Shown here in pieces: positions 60,308-64,000 of a stretch of 64,000 nt of DNA. The translations under genes were made by a program, and so were the position numbers. The notes under the pieces are model-generated. The model made no database searches. It saw nothing but the letters and a program-made list of their open reading frames with translations, and was not told the DNA's origin. Position 1 is the stretch's first letter; every line of letters begins with the position of its first letter. The stretch is from contig OZ037768.1 in NCBI GenBank assembly GCA_964035545.1, forward strand, positions 5,984,741 through 6,048,740, given 5' to 3'. This DNA comes from Bugula neritina (Eukaryota > Animalia > Bryozoa).

Positions 60308-60628
60308 TAACCAAAAATAATACACTTTATAGAACAAGTTATTTGTAACAGAAAAGGTTGAAAATAGCAAAATACTGATAACAATCAATGAGCTAACAGT
60401 ATAAACTTTTTAAGTGAGCAAGTTCAAGAGAGTTTCAAAAATAAATTAATTTTAGTGTAAAAATCAAAACTGAAAACAAAACAAATGTGAGATTAATGAT
60501 TGGCACATGAAAATAAGGCACCTGCTCAATGAATTAAATAATGAAATACTGATAAAAATCTGGAACTAGCAACAAGTTGAGAGTGACCAATAGGAGGTCT
60601 TGTAACATCCACAGATCTCTAAAGATTC

Positions 60629-63347
60629 TCAAGAGATTTCTCTCTCATTATGGGGCATATCTGGCTCAACATGCTCCAGTATTCCATTTGTCTCTCCATA
60701 ACCACTCTCTGAAAGAGATAAGCATTAGTTTTAGAGAACAATGGTTTTATTATTTAGAGACAAAAGTGGCATAATTATTATAATTGTACCACAGTAATAG
60801 CTAATATTATAACATACACTCTGCCATGTTATGAGTAATCATGCTGAGAGTTAGTTGAGTTTAACTCTTCTCCACTCAAATGAGTTCTAAGTTGTAGAAA
60901 GACACTGTGCTACTGATGATGTTTACAATGAAGGCAATCATACAAAGAAGAATGCTTTGTGGTGACTAAATCCACAGATGAATACCCTATATTCATCTCA
61001 ATAGACTTTAAAATTATAGAAAATCAGTAGTAGTTGAAGTTTTGATGCACTTACAAGTAATGCAATAAATTAATTCACAGCTTGCTTGCTGTCACCATTC
61101 TCAAGGCTAAATACTGACCTGAGAAACAGCATGTGAAAGCAGTTACATAATCATATAAAACCCTATTATAAAAGCACTACTGTATAGCTACAACACATAA
61201 TATAAGGCTATGAGATAATATTGACACCTCTCTAGCAAGCACTACAGTAGTCAACATATAAATAAGCTGAACAAACCATTTGAATATCCAGACACATAGC
61301 CACATGACTCATCTGCTGAAATATCTTCAGGTAGAGGGCTTCCCGTATACCCCCCTCCTTCTTCAATGTGCATTAACAACCTGCGCAAAAATCAACGCGT
61401 ACAACTTTTAACAAAGGTAAAAATAAAGATTTTTAAAGCAAGTCAATAAATAGTGATCACCCAGTAAAGTTAAATTAACAGTATTTGTTATACATCTTTA
61501 CACATGAGATAAATTCGTTACTTTTTAGATGCTAATGCCTGTTCAATATGTTCACAATGAAGTCTTGCAAAACATTACAAACATGTAAGCCAAGTGTGCA
61601 TGCTACTGGCCATAAGGACTTAAGTCAACAATATTTCCTATTTCAATAGGAATTGTGTATTTTTCACTTCACTCTAAAGTTTAGAGGGGCAGCGTGGTCT
61701 AGGGGTTAGGGCATTTGCCTAGTAAACACAAGGTCATGGGTTCCAGCTGGACAAAGGCCATTGGTGATGTTAGGAAGTGCATCCAATCATATTGCTCATG
61801 TGCCTCATTTAAATAAGTCCTTAGCCTGCTTTAACAAAAACCTTTCCATCAAAAGTTTCTCACAGAAATAGCGACTATAAACTTCCGTGAGTTTTTTTCT
61901 AAAGTTTAATGCAACAGCGGAAACACATTTGACTATATATTTAATGTTGCTCTTACCTACTCCAGTTTTATTACTATACCAACAAAATGGTTACATTCTT
62001 ATACATGTTATTATATTGAGCTAAAGTGGAAGTCAGACATGATAATCTACTTTACCTGAACCAGTTTTTGTCTTTTCGAAGGATGGCTGGGTTTCCAATT
62101 ACGATGAGCAAAGCCTTAGCTCTAGTGACAGCGACGTTGAATCTCTACAGATAAAAAAGATCCTTGGTGAGTAGAAAACTATGAGTCATTGTTTAATATG
62201 ACAGGTTTTACTATATTATATAAAACGAATATTGAATAGTGTCACAGTAAGAACTATTTAAGTAAATTATTTACTAATAAACTAGAATAAATTAATACAA
62301 TTAATTATCTTATTATTTTTAGTTATAAGCATTTTCAACATTGAAACATCAACGTTGAAGATACCATGCATTGTCATCTTTGACAGACACAAAATCAATC
62401 TCACAATTATAAGTATATTTCTTACTCTTAACATTGGAAATTGATTATTTTCTATACTTTCACAAAATATTTCAATTCAGAGTAATTTAAGTAGAATAAC
62501 TATTTGTATTTAAAAAGAATACCAAAGGTCTAAAAATTATAAAGTATGGTTGGCAAAAGCTAACTTACTCTTAAACTGTCATACAATTTGAAATGTTAAA
62601 ATGTTTAATAATTTATTTAAAATATTATTTCAAGAAAGTAGTTCGAAAGCTTTCATTCAGGGGAAAACAAAAATATGAGTTCCTAATGTTTTTGACTCTC
62701 CAAACCTCCCAAGTCCTGCAGACACCTATAAACATCTATAAAATAATCATGTAAAGATACCTTTGGATTACCCACAAAACCAATCTTGAAATCTCTGTCG
62801 TGAGTTAGAAAAGACTCCTGGCTACGGACTGTGCTGATTATGATCACATCTCTTTCATCCCCCTGAAATCTTTCCACAGAACCAACTTTTATTTTTGCCA
62901 AATTCAGACAATTTCCTTCATTTCTGGAGTCCGCAGTTCTTAGCGCTTGAGTTATTTTCTTCACCTAATTTGAACCGATCAACATATCACAAGTTTGACA
63001 AGACTAACAGCCGTAAAATCAACAAACAAAAACTGATTAATTATACTCATGAAATACAGCTGTTTAGAATTAAACAACATAGTAAATAAATACAGTACTA
63101 ACTATATTAGACTAGCTGTTCTAAATTAACATGATTTTTCAATAAAACAAACCTGCTGGTGATAGGGGGAAATAATTCCGATGTGATCCGGGGTTACTTT
63201 AAGGCTTTTGCATTTGAGCAGGTCTTGAGCATAGTTGAGGACCTGCATAACTTCAAACCTGTTGAACCACGAAGGGGATTTATCTTCTTGTTCCTCTTTC
63301 CCGTCAACACCGTGGAATATGAGAGGGAAATTTTTAGTGGGTAATCC
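60629..63347 (-). CDS. MOV10: MOV10-like SF1 RNA helicase, copy C, last five coding exons; gene begins beyond the right edge
   Basis: Exons 63347-63153, 62964-62761, 62144-62056, 61380-61277, 60708-60629. Translation: [16 protein letters not shown]...SPSWFN...[10 protein letters not shown] / [23 protein letters not shown]...GFVGNPK / [19 protein letters not shown] / [10 protein letters not shown] / ...NEREIS*. Confidence 0.9.
61686..61840 (+). mobile_element. tRNA-derived SINE remnant in a MOV10-C intron
   Basis: The tRNA-like head has an A box (GTGGTCTAGGGG) and a degenerate B box (GGTTCCAG) at tRNA-like spacing. It is followed by a non-tRNA body (GGTGATGTTAGGAAGTGCATCC) and an A-rich end. 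There is no intact acceptor stem. Confidence 0.65.
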
Positions 63348-64000
63348 CTAAGTGAAAAACACACTGGATATTGATTATTTTATCTTCATTGTAATGAAAG
63401 GTTTATAACTCAGCAAACTGATAACAACACAAAAAAATTTGCCTAACAATATGCAGTTAGGGATTTTCCCTAAATTAGTATAATTTTTATCAATCATGTG
63501 ATATATATTACATCATTATTGCACAAGGAAAATATTAAAAATAAACTTATAAACTAATAAACTAATAGTTGCCAGCTAATGATTAGCAGATTAGAACAGA
63601 GATAAATAAAGTTATTTATCTTGTTTGTAGCTTAACTTCTCCAATGGCCAATGGGTATACTCAAATACTAGCACAAATTTCAAATCAAACAATTTCAATT
63701 TGATCAACAAGAACTTTAATGATTAAAACAATCTTGTGGAGGAGATTTGCCACCAGCGTACTAACTTGACCTAAGACTATATCCTAAGTCAACTAAAGTT
63801 GCTGGTTAGATGACATTTGGGTGAAGTAGTGGGGAAATTGAGATAGCCTAAGCTCTTTATTTTTTTAAATTTTGATTTGAGGGCTGTATGGATTAATTCT
63901 CTCTTGGTCATAACTTCCTTTGCTGAATTTTTAATCTAGAACACAGACTTTTCTCAACCTCTCCAGCACCTCACCTACTTCATAGATGATGACTCTCCAG

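Noticed and set aside
61686-61760. tRNA gene
   Set aside because: The B box is degenerate, there is no clean cloverleaf or acceptor stem, and the sequence continues into a SINE-like body.
34363-63347. Calling the helicases UPF1, ZNFX1, HELZ or MOV10L1, or calling them pseudogenes or an assembly duplication
   Set aside because: The PGLAExRPSV(L)xGD, DEAGH and NFRSHP motifs and the N- and C-termini fit MOV10 best, with no UPF1 CH domain or NFX1 repeats. Frames are intact and introns are unalignable between copies. Formal exclusion of MOV10L1 still needs a phylogeny.

Overview
AT-rich, intron-containing animal genomic DNA, probably from an invertebrate; it is not prokaryotic and has no CRISPR array or operons. 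I spliced the exons by hand, checking splice sites and reading-frame phase, and obtained six protein-coding genes. (1) The 5' part of BRAP (minus strand, 89-1601), which runs off the left edge. (2) Head-to-head with it, a 19-exon, ~849-aa plus-strand adaptor (5100-21634) with the unusual order PX-SH3-SH3-PPPRR-[ITIM-like/YEN tyrosine motifs]-SH3-SH2: a p47phox/Tks-type NADPH-oxidase-organiser front end fused to an Nck-like SH3-SH2 tail. (3) A convergent 8-exon, ~447-aa protein with signal peptide, LRRs, an FN3-like domain and a putative GPI anchor (minus, 22483-31469); it appears to use two GC-AG introns. (4-6) A tandem array of at least three MOV10-like SF1 RNA helicases on the minus strand: A 34363-44513 (~1096 aa), B 47101-58605 (~1110 aa) and C 60629->63347 (partial). 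Copies A and B carry an inserted three-zinc-finger module (two JAZ/matrin-like fingers plus a C-C-H-D finger) and NF-kB-like motifs just upstream of their ATGs. A and B also share short near-identical exon tracts suggestive of gene conversion, and B lacks one intron present in A and C. Introns hold a Harbinger-type MITE, a hAT-type MITE, a tRNA-derived SINE remnant and several satellites. Family assignments come from recalled motif similarity, not database searches.
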